From NCBI GenBank assembly GCA_903929355.1, contig CAIYUN010000041.1:10539-74538 (forward strand): DNA of 64,000 nucleotides, read 5' to 3'. Positions 1 to 9,759 of the stretch are shown one piece after another (position 1 is the stretch's first letter; each line of letters begins with the position of its first letter). Source of the stretch: an uncultured Opitutaceae bacterium. GTDB taxonomy: Bacteria > Verrucomicrobiota > Verrucomicrobiia > Opitutales > Opitutaceae. Below the pieces are notes generated by a model. That model saw only the letters and a program-made list of their open reading frames with translations, ran no database searches and was not told the origin of the DNA. Both the position numbers and the translations under genes were made by a program.

Positions 1-13
1 CCGCGTAAGAGGA

Positions 14-150
14 GTAGCGCAGGCTTCCCAGCCTGATTCTATTGCCTTGAGGTGGAGCGCGTTGACCTCAACGCGCTGGGTTGGCCCGACCGGAAAGCCG
101 GTTGGGGTCAACCGGCTCCACCTTGATGGCAGGCAGGGATGCCTGCGCTA
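14..150. repeat. REP-A composite palindromic element (full copy)
   Basis: Terminal inverted GTAGCGCAGGC/GCCTGCGCTAC. Internal hairpin units GGTGGAGCGCGTTGACCTCAACGCGCTG (51..78) and CGACCGGAAAGCCGGTTGGGGTCAACCGGCTCCACC (87..122). Abuts the stop codon at 148. Confidence 0.8.
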
Positions 151-1254
151 CTTGTTTGTACCCGCGAACCTCTCCTTCAACGCCTTGGCATACACCCGGC
201 CACTCATCGGCAGCTCGATCGTCGAGTCGGTCCAGGTCGAAAGCAGCATGGCGTTGGCCAGCTCGAGCGAGCCGAGCCCCTCGGCGGCGGGCGCGATGAG
301 CGGCGCTCCGTCGAGGATGGCGTCCGCGAAATTCTGCAGCATCTCCACCTGTTGGCCGCCATGCCCGGTGACCGGGAAGATCTCCTCGGTGTTGGCGAGC
401 CGGGCAAAGGGCTCGGTCGCCGTGCGGGAAAACTCGGCGGCGGGCACGGCGTTGCGTCGGAAGGTCAGCCGGTCGGCCTCATACACCAGCCGGCCGTTTT
501 CCGCGGCGATCTCCAGCCGGTTGGTGCCGGGCGCCTCGCCCGTCGAGGTGGTGAGGACCCCGGTCGCGCCGTTCGGAAACTCCATGTAGGCGGTCACATC
601 GTCTTCGCCCTTGATGGCATGGTAACGCCCAAAGTTGCAGAACGCGCGGACGCGGACCGGCATCCCGAACATCCATTGGAGCAGATCGAGGTTGTGCGGG
701 CACTGGTTGAGGAGCACGCCACCGCCCACATCAGCCCCACTCGTGCGCCAGCCGACTGCCTGGTAGTAGGCTTCAGGGCGGAACATATCGGTGATCGTCC
801 AGCTCACGCGCCGAATCTCGCCCAGGGTGCCGCTCCTCACCAGCTCGCGGATCTTTTTGTAAAAGGGATCCGTGCGCTGGTTGAACATCGCGCCGAAGAC
901 CAGCTGCGGGTCGCGGTGGGCGGCAATCAGGCGTTGGGCGTCGGACTTGTCGTTGGCAATGGGCTTCTCGACCAGGACATGCCGGCCGGCCTTGAGTGCG
1001 GCGATGCCAATGGCGGTGTGCGAGGTTTGCGGCGTGGCCACGAGCACGGCGTCCACGAGGCTGGACGCCAGCATCGCACCGGCCGAGGCGAAGCCCTTCG
1101 CCTCCGGCACGCGCGCCCATTTGGCCGGGTCGCGGGCCGCCACGGCGGTGACCTTCATCCGGCGGACCTTGCCGGTGCGAATATGGTCGGCGTAATTGAC
1201 GCTGAAACCGAGACCGACGATCCCGAGTCGGACGATTTTTTGGGGGGAGGGCAT
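148..1254 (-). CDS. Gfo/Idh/MocA family oxidoreductase
   Basis: ORF 148..1275(-). Rossmann N-terminus KIVRLGIVGLGF follows the Met at 1254; 1275 is an alternative upstream start. Confidence 0.8.
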   Translation of the reverse strand: MPSPQKIVRLGIVGLGFSVNYADHIRTGKVRRMKVTAVAARDPAKWARVPEAKGFASAGAMLASSLVDAVLVATPQTSHTAIGIAALKAGRHVLVEKPIANDKSDAQRLIAAHRDPQLVFGAMFNQRTDPFYKKIRELVRSGTLGEIRRVSWTITDMFRPEAYYQAVGWRTSGADVGGGVLLNQCPHNLDLLQWMFGMPVRVRAFCNFGRYHAIKGEDDVTAYMEFPNGATGVLTTSTGEAPGTNRLEIAAENGRLVYEADRLTFRRNAVPAAEFSRTATEPFARLANTEEIFPVTGHGGQQVEMLQNFADAILDGAPLIAPAAEGLGSLELANAMLLSTWTDSTIELPMSGRVYAKALKERFAGTNK

Positions 1255-1314
1255 GAGCAAGGTAACGAAAACCACCCGGAAAAAGCCGCAAAATAATTGG
1301 CGGAAAACGCGCTC

Positions 1315-2199
1315 CTACGCCGGCGCCGCGCTCCAGTGCGGCCAGCGCGCACGGATATAATGCCGCCCCTCCTCGAGTATGGCCCGGATCAACGGCGTGG
1401 GCTGTCCCACCCATAGGCCGGCCACCTCCATGGGGGGAAACCCAGGCAGCGGAAGCACCCGGACCTTGGGATGCCGGATGATCTCGGGCAAGGCCACGCT
1501 CACCCCGATACCGTAGCCGTTGGCGACATACTGCATGACCAGCTCAAGCGAGCCCGCCTCAATGGCGGCCGGCCATTCGATCCCGAGGCGACGCAGGTGT
1601 TGTTGAAAAATATCGAAGGCGGGAGGGGTGATCAACGGCTCCTCGACCGACTTGCCCTTCCACAGCACCTCGGGCGATTTAAGCCCGGAAGCCCGGGGCA
1701 CCAACAGCACCAGCGGCAGCCGCAACAGCCGCTCGCACCGCACGCGTGTGGCGACCCGTGTCTCAAGCATGGTCACCGCAAAATCAATCTGCCGGTCCAG
1801 CAGCCACGCCTCAAGCTGCCGCTGGCGGCCCGTCCGCAGGGCGAGCCGCAGGCGGGGCTCCCGCTTCCGCAGCGGCTGGATCAAGCCCGGCAGGTGATCT
1901 CGCAGCACCATCTCGGACGCGCCCACACGGAACACGGGCGCCGTGCCCTTCCGCAGCCGTGCCGCGACCGGCTCCAGGTTGTCAAAGAAGGGCTGAACAA
2001 AAGCGTAAAGTTGATCACCCTCCGTCGTGAGCCGGAAGGGGGTGCGTTCAAACAGTCGGACCCCCAGATCCTGTTCCAGGAGCCGCATCTGCCCGCTCAC
2101 CGCCGGCTGCTGGATACCATAGGGCATGTGGCGCACCGCGCGGCTGATGCCGCCATGCCGGGCGACATGGAAGAAAAGCTCCAAGTGGTGGATGTTCAT
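1315..2199 (-). CDS. LysR family transcriptional regulator
   Basis: ORF 1315..2274(-). HTH N-terminus MNIHHLELFFHVARHGGISRAVRHMPYGIQQPAVSGQMRLLEQDLGVRLFER starts at the Met at 2199. Confidence 0.85.
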   Translation of the reverse strand: MNIHHLELFFHVARHGGISRAVRHMPYGIQQPAVSGQMRLLEQDLGVRLFERTPFRLTTEGDQLYAFVQPFFDNLEPVAARLRKGTAPVFRVGASEMVLRDHLPGLIQPLRKREPRLRLALRTGRQRQLEAWLLDRQIDFAVTMLETRVATRVRCERLLRLPLVLLVPRASGLKSPEVLWKGKSVEEPLITPPAFDIFQQHLRRLGIEWPAAIEAGSLELVMQYVANGYGIGVSVALPEIIRHPKVRVLPLPGFPPMEVAGLWVGQPTPLIRAILEEGRHYIRARWPHWSAAPA

Positions 2200-2396
2200 C
2201 GCGGTGGGGAAGGCTGGACCGACGCGCAGCCGAACAGGCGGCCCGCGGCAGGGCAACCCTGTTTGAACGCCCATCGGCCGGCGCGATGCGGCCCATCACT
2301 TTTATCAATTAACGATCCCGGGCCGCGGGCGGGTATCCTCAGGCGCACACCAAAACGACCGCAACCACCCACCTCCGCCAACCCGTCGGCCATCAA

Positions 2397-2468
2397 GGTG
2401 GAGCCGGTCGACCCAACCGGCTTTCCGGAGGTCCCCCACCAAGCGCGGTGAGGTCAACGCGCTCCACC
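2397..2468. repeat. REP-A element, inverted orientation
   Basis: GGTGGAGCCGGTCGACCCAACCGGCTTTCCGG...AGCGCGGTGAGGTCAACGCGCTCCACC is the reverse complement of the copy at 51..122. Confidence 0.8.
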
Positions 2469-2503
2469 TCCTCGCATTCAGGCCGGCTCAACCTTTCAAC
2501 TCT

Positions 2504-3745
2504 TCAACCTTTCAACCGATCTACCCGCGGCCCGCCCTGCGCGAGCTTCCGCGCGCGCAATCGCAGCCCGTTCAGGCGGATGAAGCCGGTCGCGTCGCTC
2601 TGGTTGTACCAGCTCTTCACTCCCTCCATCGAGGCGATCTTGTCGTCGTAGAGCGAATACGGCGACTTCCGGCCGCAGGTGATGATGTTGCCCTTGTAGA
2701 GCTTCAGCCGCACCGTCCCGGTGACAAACTTCTGGCTCTCGTCCACCAGAGCCTGCAGCGCCTCGCGTTCCGGCGCGAACCAGAACCCGTAATAGACCAG
2801 CTCCGCATATTTCGGGATCAGCGAGTCGCGCAGGTGCTGCACCTCGCGGTCGAGCGTGAGGCTTTCAATCTGCTTGTGCGCCTGCATCAGGATGGTGCCG
2901 CCGGGCGTCTCATAGACGCCGCGCGACTTCATGCCGACAAAGCGGTTCTCGACCAGATCCACCCGTCCCACCCCGTGCTTGCCGCCAAGCTGGTTCAGGG
3001 TCTTGAGCACCTTGCCGGGCGAAAGCTTTTTACCGTTCACCGCCACGCAGTCTCCCTTGACGAAATCCAGCTCGACGTATTCGGCGCGGTCGGAGGCGTC
3101 CTCGGGCGAGACGGAGAGCTTGAACATGGCCTTGTTCGCCTTCGTCGTCGGGTCAAACCAGGGATCCTCCAGGATGCCCGCCTCGTAGGAGATGTGCAGG
3201 AGGTTCCGGTCCATCGAGTAGGGCTTCTTGAGCGAGGCCTCGACGGGAATCTTGTGCTTGGCGCAGTAGGCGATCATCTCGGCGCGGCCGGGGAACTCGG
3301 CGCGAAACTCCTCGATCTTCCACGGCGCGATGATGGCGAGCTCCGGCGCGAGCGCCATGTAGGTCAGCTCGAACCGGCACTGGTCGTTGCCCTTGCCGGT
3401 GGCCCCGTGCGCGACGGTGTCGGCCTTCTCCTTGTGCGCGATCGCGATCTGCGCCTGGGCGATGAGCGGCCGCGCGATGGAGGTGCCGAGGTAATACTGG
3501 CCTTCATAGACCGCGTTGGCGCGGATCATCGGGTAGATGAAGTCGCGGGCAAACTCCTCGACGAGGTCGAGCGTGTAATGTTTCGAGGCGCCGGTCGCGC
3601 GGGCCTTCTGCGCGAGACCGTGCAACTCCTCCTCCTGGCCGATGTCGGCCGCGAAGGTGACGATCTCCGCCGCGTAGGTTTCGCGGAGCCATTTGACGAT
3701 GACGGACGTGTCGAGACCGCCCGAGTAAGCGAGGACAATTTTCAT
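2504..3745 (-). CDS. argG: argininosuccinate synthase
   Basis: ORF 2504..3790(-). [18 protein letters not shown]-pyrophosphatase motif at the Met at 3745; collinear with ArgG over about 413 aa. Confidence 0.95.
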   Translation of the reverse strand: MKIVLAYSGGLDTSVIVKWLRETYAAEIVTFAADIGQEEELHGLAQKARATGASKHYTLDLVEEFARDFIYPMIRANAVYEGQYYLGTSIARPLIAQAQIAIAHKEKADTVAHGATGKGNDQCRFELTYMALAPELAIIAPWKIEEFRAEFPGRAEMIAYCAKHKIPVEASLKKPYSMDRNLLHISYEAGILEDPWFDPTTKANKAMFKLSVSPEDASDRAEYVELDFVKGDCVAVNGKKLSPGKVLKTLNQLGGKHGVGRVDLVENRFVGMKSRGVYETPGGTILMQAHKQIESLTLDREVQHLRDSLIPKYAELVYYGFWFAPEREALQALVDESQKFVTGTVRLKLYKGNIITCGRKSPYSLYDDKIASMEGVKSWYNQSDATGFIRLNGLRLRARKLAQGGPRVDRLKG

Positions 3746-3872
3746 GGAAAGAGAACAATCATTGGCCACAAAGAGGCACAAAGGACACAAAAAATTCCAG
3801 GCACGGCCCTAAAGCGGCCCAGGTTTCCCAGCCGGCCCGGAAGGCTGGCTGGCCGCATTCCGGTGCCATTGC

Positions 3873-4823
3873 TCAACCGCGCGCCGCCGCCAGCGCCGCG
3901 AGGATGGCCTTCTGCACGTGCAGGCGGTTCTCCGCCTGGTCGAAGATGATCGAGCGGGGGTTGTCCAGCACCGCCTGCGCGACCTCCTCGCCCGGGTGCG
4001 CCGGGAGGCAATGCATGAAAAACGCGTCCGGTTTCGCGTCGGCAAAAACCTTGGCCGAGACGGTATAGGGCGCGAGCTTCGCGAGCCGCTCCCGCTCCTC
4101 CTGCTCCTTGCCCATGCTCACCCACACATCGGTGTAGACCACGTCGGCGCCGCGCACCGCCTCATGCGCGTCATGCGTGAAGTTGAATGGTGCCGCGCCC
4201 GCGCGGCCCTCCCGGGCGAGGAGCGCGCGGATTTCCGCTCCCGGCTCGAAGCCCGGCGGCCCGGCCAGCGCGATCTGCATGCCGAAGAAATTGGCCCCGA
4301 GGATCCAGGAGTTGGCCACATTGCAGGCCGTGTCGCCGAGGAACGCGAGCTTGCGGCCCCGCAGCGCCGCGAACCGGTCGGCCCCGGGCGCGGCCCACCG
4401 CTCGGCCAGCGTGAACGCGTCCGCGTAGATCTGGCAGGGATGCAGCAGGTCCGTGAGCCCGTTGATGACCGGCACCGTGCCCGCCGCCGCCAGCCGCTCG
4501 ACCTCGGCGTGCGCGTGGGTCCGCACCACGATGCCATGGACAAACCGCGAGAGCACTCGCGCCGTGTCCTCCACCGACTCCCCGCGGCCGAGCTGGATGT
4601 CAACCTTGTTGAGAAACAGCGGGTTGCCCCCCAGCTCATGGATGCCCACCTCGAAGGAAACGCGCGTGCGGGTGCTCGATTTGGAGAAGATCATCGCCCA
4701 CGTCTGGCCGGCCAGGGGCCGCGCCAAGGACCGCCCGCGCTGCTGCTTGAACTCCGCTGCCCGCGCGAAAATGTCCGCCGCCTCCTGCGGCGTGAAGTCG
4801 GTCTCCTTGAGGAAATGCTTCAT
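3873..4823 (-). CDS. argF: ornithine carbamoyltransferase
   Basis: ORF 3873..4862(-). Motifs STRTR, HPCQ, DVWVSMG and HCLPA; start taken at MKHFLKETDF (4823); adjacent to argG. Confidence 0.85.
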   Translation of the reverse strand: MKHFLKETDFTPQEAADIFARAAEFKQQRGRSLARPLAGQTWAMIFSKSSTRTRVSFEVGIHELGGNPLFLNKVDIQLGRGESVEDTARVLSRFVHGIVVRTHAHAEVERLAAAGTVPVINGLTDLLHPCQIYADAFTLAERWAAPGADRFAALRGRKLAFLGDTACNVANSWILGANFFGMQIALAGPPGFEPGAEIRALLAREGRAGAAPFNFTHDAHEAVRGADVVYTDVWVSMGKEQEERERLAKLAPYTVSAKVFADAKPDAFFMHCLPAHPGEEVAQAVLDNPRSIIFDQAENRLHVQKAILAALAAARG

Positions 4824-5418
4824 AAATGGAAATGAAGCGCCCATGTCTGACATTTCAACCACCCCGACGCGAGCCCAAAATTCCTTGGCTGTTGTAAGCC
4901 GCTTGCCTGATAGGGGTAGGGACTCGCTGCGCCATTGCCTTCGCTCGCTCCTCGACTTGGGTCAACCTCGGGCAGTTGATCTTGTAGCCGTTGACCTAAT
5001 ACCAAGGTCCGTTAGGATTTACCCTATCGGGGGGTCTTCTGAGGGTAGGGCACGACCGCTGGGCGCGCCGTCGGAGAGTGTCGGCCGAACTTCCGCCCGA
5101 AAAATATAAACCTACGGGCTGCTGGTATCCTTTCCGACCTGCCGGCGGCCGGACCGGCGGAAAAGCTGCGGTCGGGGTGCCAAACCCCGCTTCGGTCAAG
5201 CTTTTCAGGCCCAATTTCTACGTTGAAGGGTGTAACCTTGGCCCGCCTTTCGCAGTCTTCACTGCTGTTCATCGTCCCGTGCCATCCCCGGCCTCCCCAA
5301 CGCATGAAGGCATTGCCCCCATCCAACCTCCCGCCCTGCCGGCCGGGATAAGCGTTCGTTGGGTGTGGCACAGGCGCAGCCTTCAGGTTCGGGTGGCGTT
5401 CGGGTTCACCGCCCCACC

Positions 5419-5724
5419 ATGAGCAACCTCACCAAACGAGAGATCGTCAACGACATCTACGCGGCCACCGGTTATCCCCAGAAGGAAATCATCACGGTGG
5501 TCCAGATGAGCCTGGACCACATCGTGGACGGGCTGGCGGCGGGCCGGAACGTGGAATTGCGGAACATCGGGGTGTTTCAGGTAAAAAAACGAAAAGCCCG
5601 GGTCGGACGCAACCCGAAGCAACCGGGCAGCGAGATGATCATCCCCCCGCGGGCGGTGGTGAAATTCAAGAGCGGGAAAATGCTGAACAACCTGCTCAAG
5701 CAGATCAAATTTTCCCCAGTCTGA
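5419..5724 (+). CDS. HU/IHF family DNA-binding protein
   Basis: ORF 5359..5724(+). Met at 5419 gives a 101-aa protein with RNIGVFQVKKRKARVGRNPKQPGSEMIIPPRAVVKFKSGK, the beta-arm typical of HU/IHF. Confidence 0.9.
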   Translation: MSNLTKREIVNDIYAATGYPQKEIITVVQMSLDHIVDGLAAGRNVELRNIGVFQVKKRKARVGRNPKQPGSEMIIPPRAVVKFKSGKMLNNLLKQIKFSPV

Positions 5725-5839
5725 ACGACCCGACGCGCCTGGGCCTGCCGGGGCCGCCCGTTTCGGCGTGACTTGCCCCGCCGGGGCGGCGATTCCTCAT
5801 GCGCTTGCGGGGTGAGGGCACCCCGCCTACATCCCTGCC

Positions 5840-7528
5840 ATGAACCGCCGCGATTCCGCTTCATCTTGGTGGCGCGACCTCGCGCTGCTCGCCCTCGCGC
5901 TCGGCGTCCTCTATGGCTTCCGCCTGGGCAGCTACCCGTTCAGCAACCCCGACGAGGGTCGCTATGCCGAAATCCCCCGCGAGATGCTCGCGACGGGCGA
6001 TTGGATCACCCCGCGGCTCGACGGGGTGAATTATTTTGAGAAGCCGCCGCTGGTCTATTGGGTGACGGCGGTGAGCGAGGAGCTCTTCGGCCAGAACGAG
6101 TGGGCGGTGCGGGCGGTGCCGGTGCTGTTCGCCATGGCGGGCGTCCTGCTGACCTATGCGGCCGCCCGGCGGCTCCACGGCCGCCCGGCGGGCCTGGTGG
6201 CGGCCATCGTGCTTGGTACTTCCGTGCTGTGGTTTGTCATCGGGCATATTCCCCTTCTCGACATGGCGGTGTCGGTGTTCATGTCCGCGACCCTGTTTTG
6301 CTTCATCCTCGGCATGCGCGAGCCGCCGGGCGCCCTCCGGCGCCGGCTGTTTTACGGCCTCTATGCCAGCGCGGCGCTGGCGACCCTGACCAAGGGCCTG
6401 ATGGGGTTCCTTGTGACCGGCGCGGTGATGTTCACCTGGCTGCTGGTCTTCAACCAATGGAAACGCCTGCGCCCGCTGCACCTGCCGACAGGGATCATGT
6501 TGTTCCTGGCCATCGCCCTGCCGTGGCACCTGCTCGTCTCCGCACGCAACCCCACCTGGTTTCATCGTTACATCATCTACGAGCACTACCTGCGGTTCAC
6601 CACCGCAACCGTGACCGGCCATCTGGAACCGTGGTGGTACTTCCTCCCGATCGTGTTGCTCGGGCTGTTTCCGTGGACGGGGTTGCTTTGGCCGGCCGGG
6701 CGCGAGGCGCTGCGCGGCGGCTGGGCGCGCCGGCAGGACAATGCGGACGTGTGGTTCTTCGTGGTCTGGGCGGGTTTCATCCTCCTGTTTTTCTCCGCCT
6801 CGCACTCGAAGCTAGCCCCCTACATCCTGCCAGTCTTTCCGGCGCTCGCCGTGCTGCTCGGCACGGGGGTGGCGAAAACCTTTGACGGGGTGGACGCCGC
6901 AAAGCGCCTGCGGGCCGGTTGGCGGACCTTCTCCTTCCTTTGCGGGCTGCTGGTGGTGGCGGTCGGCGTGATCATGGCGCGGCCCGATTTGGTCAAGATG
7001 GATCCGGCGCAGGCGCTCGCCCTCCAGCCGCCCGCGTTCACGATAGGGGTGATTCTGATGCTCGGCGGCATCCTGGCGCCATGGCTGGCGCGGACCCGCG
7101 GGGCCCGTGCCGCGCTCGCCGGGATGGGGGCGACGATGGCGCTGTTTTATGTCACGCTGCAGTTCGCCGCGCCCGACATCCAGAAAACCGGCACCAAGCC
7201 GCTCGCACTCTATGTGCGGGCCCACGCCCAACCCGGGGACCAGGTGGTGCACTACCTGGATTTTTTCCATGACTTCACCTTTTACGCCGGCCGCACGGTG
7301 GAGGTCGTGGACGGCAAGGGCGAGTTGGAGCTGGAGGAGGATGCCGCCGCGCGGGCCGGCGGCCGGTTCATGGACGTATCAGCCTTTCGGCGTCTTTGGG
7401 TGCAACCCGGCCGGGTTTATGCGGTCGGACGCAAGCGGGATGCGGGGCCGCTTTTTGCCGACCCGACCTTTCAATATCATTTGCTCGCCGAGACCGCGGA
7501 CCATTACCTTTTCAGCAACCAACCGTGA
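5840..7528 (+). CDS. arnT: ArnT-like GT-C glycosyltransferase (4-amino-4-deoxy-L-arabinose transferase family, PMT_2)
   Basis: 562-aa polytopic ORF. N-terminal SNPDEGRYAEIPREMLATGDWITPRLDGVNYFEKPPLVYW is collinear with E. coli ArnT (PDETRYAEISREMLASGDW...YFEKP). Confidence 0.85.
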   Translation: MNRRDSASSWWRDLALLALALGVLYGFRLGSYPFSNPDEGRYAEIPREMLATGDWITPRLDGVNYFEKPPLVYWVTAVSEELFGQNEWAVRAVPVLFAMAGVLLTYAAARRLHGRPAGLVAAIVLGTSVLWFVIGHIPLLDMAVSVFMSATLFCFILGMREPPGALRRRLFYGLYASAALATLTKGLMGFLVTGAVMFTWLLVFNQWKRLRPLHLPTGIMLFLAIALPWHLLVSARNPTWFHRYIIYEHYLRFTTATVTGHLEPWWYFLPIVLLGLFPWTGLLWPAGREALRGGWARRQDNADVWFFVVWAGFILLFFSASHSKLAPYILPVFPALAVLLGTGVAKTFDGVDAAKRLRAGWRTFSFLCGLLVVAVGVIMARPDLVKMDPAQALALQPPAFTIGVILMLGGILAPWLARTRGARAALAGMGATMALFYVTLQFAAPDIQKTGTKPLALYVRAHAQPGDQVVHYLDFFHDFTFYAGRTVEVVDGKGELELEEDAAARAGGRFMDVSAFRRLWVQPGRVYAVGRKRDAGPLFADPTFQYHLLAETADHYLFSNQP

Positions 7529-7530
7529 CC

Positions 7531-8709
7531 ATGCCCACCCCCGCCGAGCCCGCCCGCCCAGTGCCTGTCGAACGGGTCGAGCCATTCCTGCCGTTCACGC
7601 GCCCAAGCCTTGACGAGGAGACCATCGCCGGCGTCGTCGAGGTGCTGCGGTCGGGCTGGATCACTTCCGGCCCGCAGGTGAAGGCCTTTGAGGTGAAGCT
7701 CACGGAATATTTTGGTGGCCGGCCGGCGCGCGTGTTCAACTCCGGCACCTGCACGATGGAGATTGCTCTGCGGCTGGCGGGGGTCGGCCCCGGCCACGAG
7801 GTCATCACGACCCCGCTCTCCTGGGTCGCCACCAGCAATGTCATCCTTACCGTCGGCGCACGGCCGGTGTTCGTGGACATCGACCCGGTCACGCGCAACC
7901 TCGACCTCGACCGGGTCGAGGCCGCCCTCACGCCCGCCACCCGTGCCATCCTGCCGGTGGACCTTGCCGGCCTGCCGGTGGACCGCGACCGCTTGCACGC
8001 CCTCGCGCAAAAACACGGCCTGCGCGTGGTCGAGGACGCGGCCCAGTCGTTCGGCAGCACCTGGCGGGGGCGGCGCATCGGCTCTTTTGGCGATTTCGTC
8101 TCATTCAGCTTTCACCCCAACAAGAACATCACCAGCATCGAGGGTGGCTGCCTCGTCCTCCACGACGAGCGCGAGGCCAAACTCGCCGAGCAATACCGGC
8201 TGCAGGGGGTGATCCGCACCGGCCAGGACGGCATGGAGGTCGAGGTGCTGGGCGGGAAGTTCAATCTCACCGATGTCGCGGCGCGCGTGGGCCTCGGCCA
8301 GCTCGCGCGTCTCGACGAGTTCACGGCGAAACGCCGCGAGCTGGCCCGCTCCTATTTCGTGCAGCTCGACACCCCCGCCGCCCACGCCTCCGGTCTCGGC
8401 CTGCCCGTCGCGGATTTCACGCAGTGCAACTGGCACATGTTCCAGGTCATGCTCCCCGAGCATCCCTCCGCCCCCAAGCGCGCCGATGTGATGGCGCGGA
8501 TGCACGCGGCCGGCATCGCGACGGGGGTCCATTATCCGGCGATCCACCGTTTCGCGCTCTACCGGCGGCTGGGGTGGAAGGACGGCGATTTCCCCCACGC
8601 CGAGCACGCCGGCCGCAACCTGCTCACCCTGCCTCTCTTCCCCGCCATGACCCACCGCGACGTCACCCGCGTCGTCACCGCCCTCCTCACCATTCTCTCC
8701 GCGCCATAA
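7531..8709 (+). CDS. arnB: DegT/DnrJ/EryC1/StrS aminotransferase, ArnB-like
   Basis: ORF 7396..8709(+). ATG at 7531 lies 3 nt after the arnT stop. PLP-lysine region SFSFHPNKNITSIEGG; family-typical length. Confidence 0.85.
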   Translation: MPTPAEPARPVPVERVEPFLPFTRPSLDEETIAGVVEVLRSGWITSGPQVKAFEVKLTEYFGGRPARVFNSGTCTMEIALRLAGVGPGHEVITTPLSWVATSNVILTVGARPVFVDIDPVTRNLDLDRVEAALTPATRAILPVDLAGLPVDRDRLHALAQKHGLRVVEDAAQSFGSTWRGRRIGSFGDFVSFSFHPNKNITSIEGGCLVLHDEREAKLAEQYRLQGVIRTGQDGMEVEVLGGKFNLTDVAARVGLGQLARLDEFTAKRRELARSYFVQLDTPAAHASGLGLPVADFTQCNWHMFQVMLPEHPSAPKRADVMARMHAAGIATGVHYPAIHRFALYRRLGWKDGDFPHAEHAGRNLLTLPLFPAMTHRDVTRVVTALLTILSAP

Positions 8710-8772
8710 GGTCTTCCCATTGGACCTGGGCCATCCATCATGGCACCACGCGTCCCGGCCATGGTCCCGGTT

Positions 8773-8817
8773 CCGGAATCCAAATTCCAAAATCGAAATT
8801 CCAAAATCGAAATTTGC
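8773..8817. repeat. CCAAAAT/CGAAAT word tandem repeat inside the arn operon (arnB-arnC spacer)
   Basis: CCGGAATCCAAATTCCAAAATCGAAATTCCAAAATCGAAATTTGC. Same word family at 18383..18418(-), 37510..37546(+) and 40330..40375(-). Confidence 0.75.
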
Positions 8818-9759
8818 ATGCCCTCGCCCGCCCCCCAGCTTTCCGTCGTCATCCCCGTTTACAACGAGGCGCTCAATCTGCCGCCGCTTTTTGCCCGCCT
8901 TTACGCGGTGCTCGACGCGCTCGGCCGCCCCTACGAGGTCATCTTCACCAACGACGGCTCGGCCGACAACTCGTATGCGCTGCTCCAGGCCCGCCACGCC
9001 GCCCGGCCCGACGTGACCCGCGTGATCGATTTCAACACCAATTACGGACAGCACATGGCGATCATGGCGGCTTTTGAGCGCGTGCGCGGCGAGGTGATTG
9101 TGACCCTCGACGCCGACCTCCAGAACCCGCCCGAGGAGATTCCCAAGCTCCTCGCCCAAATTGCCGCCGGCCATGACTATGTCGGTGGTTTCCGGGTGGA
9201 CCGGCAGGATTCGTGGTTCCGCACCAACGCCTCGCGGCTCGTCAACTACGTCCGCGAACAGACCACGAACATTAAGATGACTGACCAGGGCTGCATGCTC
9301 CGGGCCTACACGCGGCCGGTGGTGGAGGCCATCGTGCGCAGCGGCGCGATCAACACCTTCATCCCCGCGCTCGCCTACAGCTACTCCAGCAACCCCGCCG
9401 AGGTGGCGGTGAAGCACGAGGAACGCCACTCGGGGGTGTCGAACTACTCCTTTTACCAGCTGATCCGCCTGAACTTCGACCTCATCACCGGCTTCTCGCT
9501 CGCCCCGCTGCAGTATTTCACGATGTTCGCGATGGCCTGCGCCGGCGGCAGCCTGCTGCTCGTGCTGGTGCTGGCCTACCGCCGTATCTTTGTCGGGGTG
9601 GAGGTTGATGGCGTGTTCACGCTCTTCGGGATCCTGTTCTTCCTGCTCAGTGTGGCGATGATCGGCATCGGGCTCATCGGTGAATACGTCGGCCGCACCT
9701 ACCAGGTCGTCCGCGCCCGCCAGCGGTATCATGTCCGCGAGCTGCTGGAGACTAAATGA
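8818..9759 (+). CDS. arnC: GT2 undecaprenyl-phosphate aminosugar transferase, ArnC-like
   Basis: ORF 8740..9759(+). LSVVIPVYNEALNLPPLF...FTNDGSADNS GT2 motifs from the Met at 8818; two C-terminal TM helices as in ArnC. Confidence 0.85.
   Translation: MPSPAPQLSVVIPVYNEALNLPPLFARLYAVLDALGRPYEVIFTNDGSADNSYALLQARHAARPDVTRVIDFNTNYGQHMAIMAAFERVRGEVIVTLDADLQNPPEEIPKLLAQIAAGHDYVGGFRVDRQDSWFRTNASRLVNYVREQTTNIKMTDQGCMLRAYTRPVVEAIVRSGAINTFIPALAYSYSSNPAEVAVKHEERHSGVSNYSFYQLIRLNFDLITGFSLAPLQYFTMFAMACAGGSLLLVLVLAYRRIFVGVEVDGVFTLFGILFFLLSVAMIGIGLIGEYVGRTYQVVRARQRYHVRELLETK

Noticed and set aside
2487-2517. Short CAACCTTTCAAC tandem repeat at the argG 3' end.
   Set aside because: Only about 3 imperfect units overlapping the stop codon region. 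It is too short to support any function beyond being part of the adjacent REP-rich spacer.
8101-9732. Long antisense or overlapping ORFs. Examples are 8101..9732(-), 13969..15759(-), 14918..16588(-), 45621..47627(+), 56033..57076(-), 59870..60967(-), 61812..62936(-), 5861..6805(-) and 24832..25629(+).
   Set aside because: All lie opposite or out of frame to genes with clear family motifs. They show the R/G/A/P-rich low-information composition expected from the absence of stop codons in GC-rich DNA. None carries a recognisable motif.
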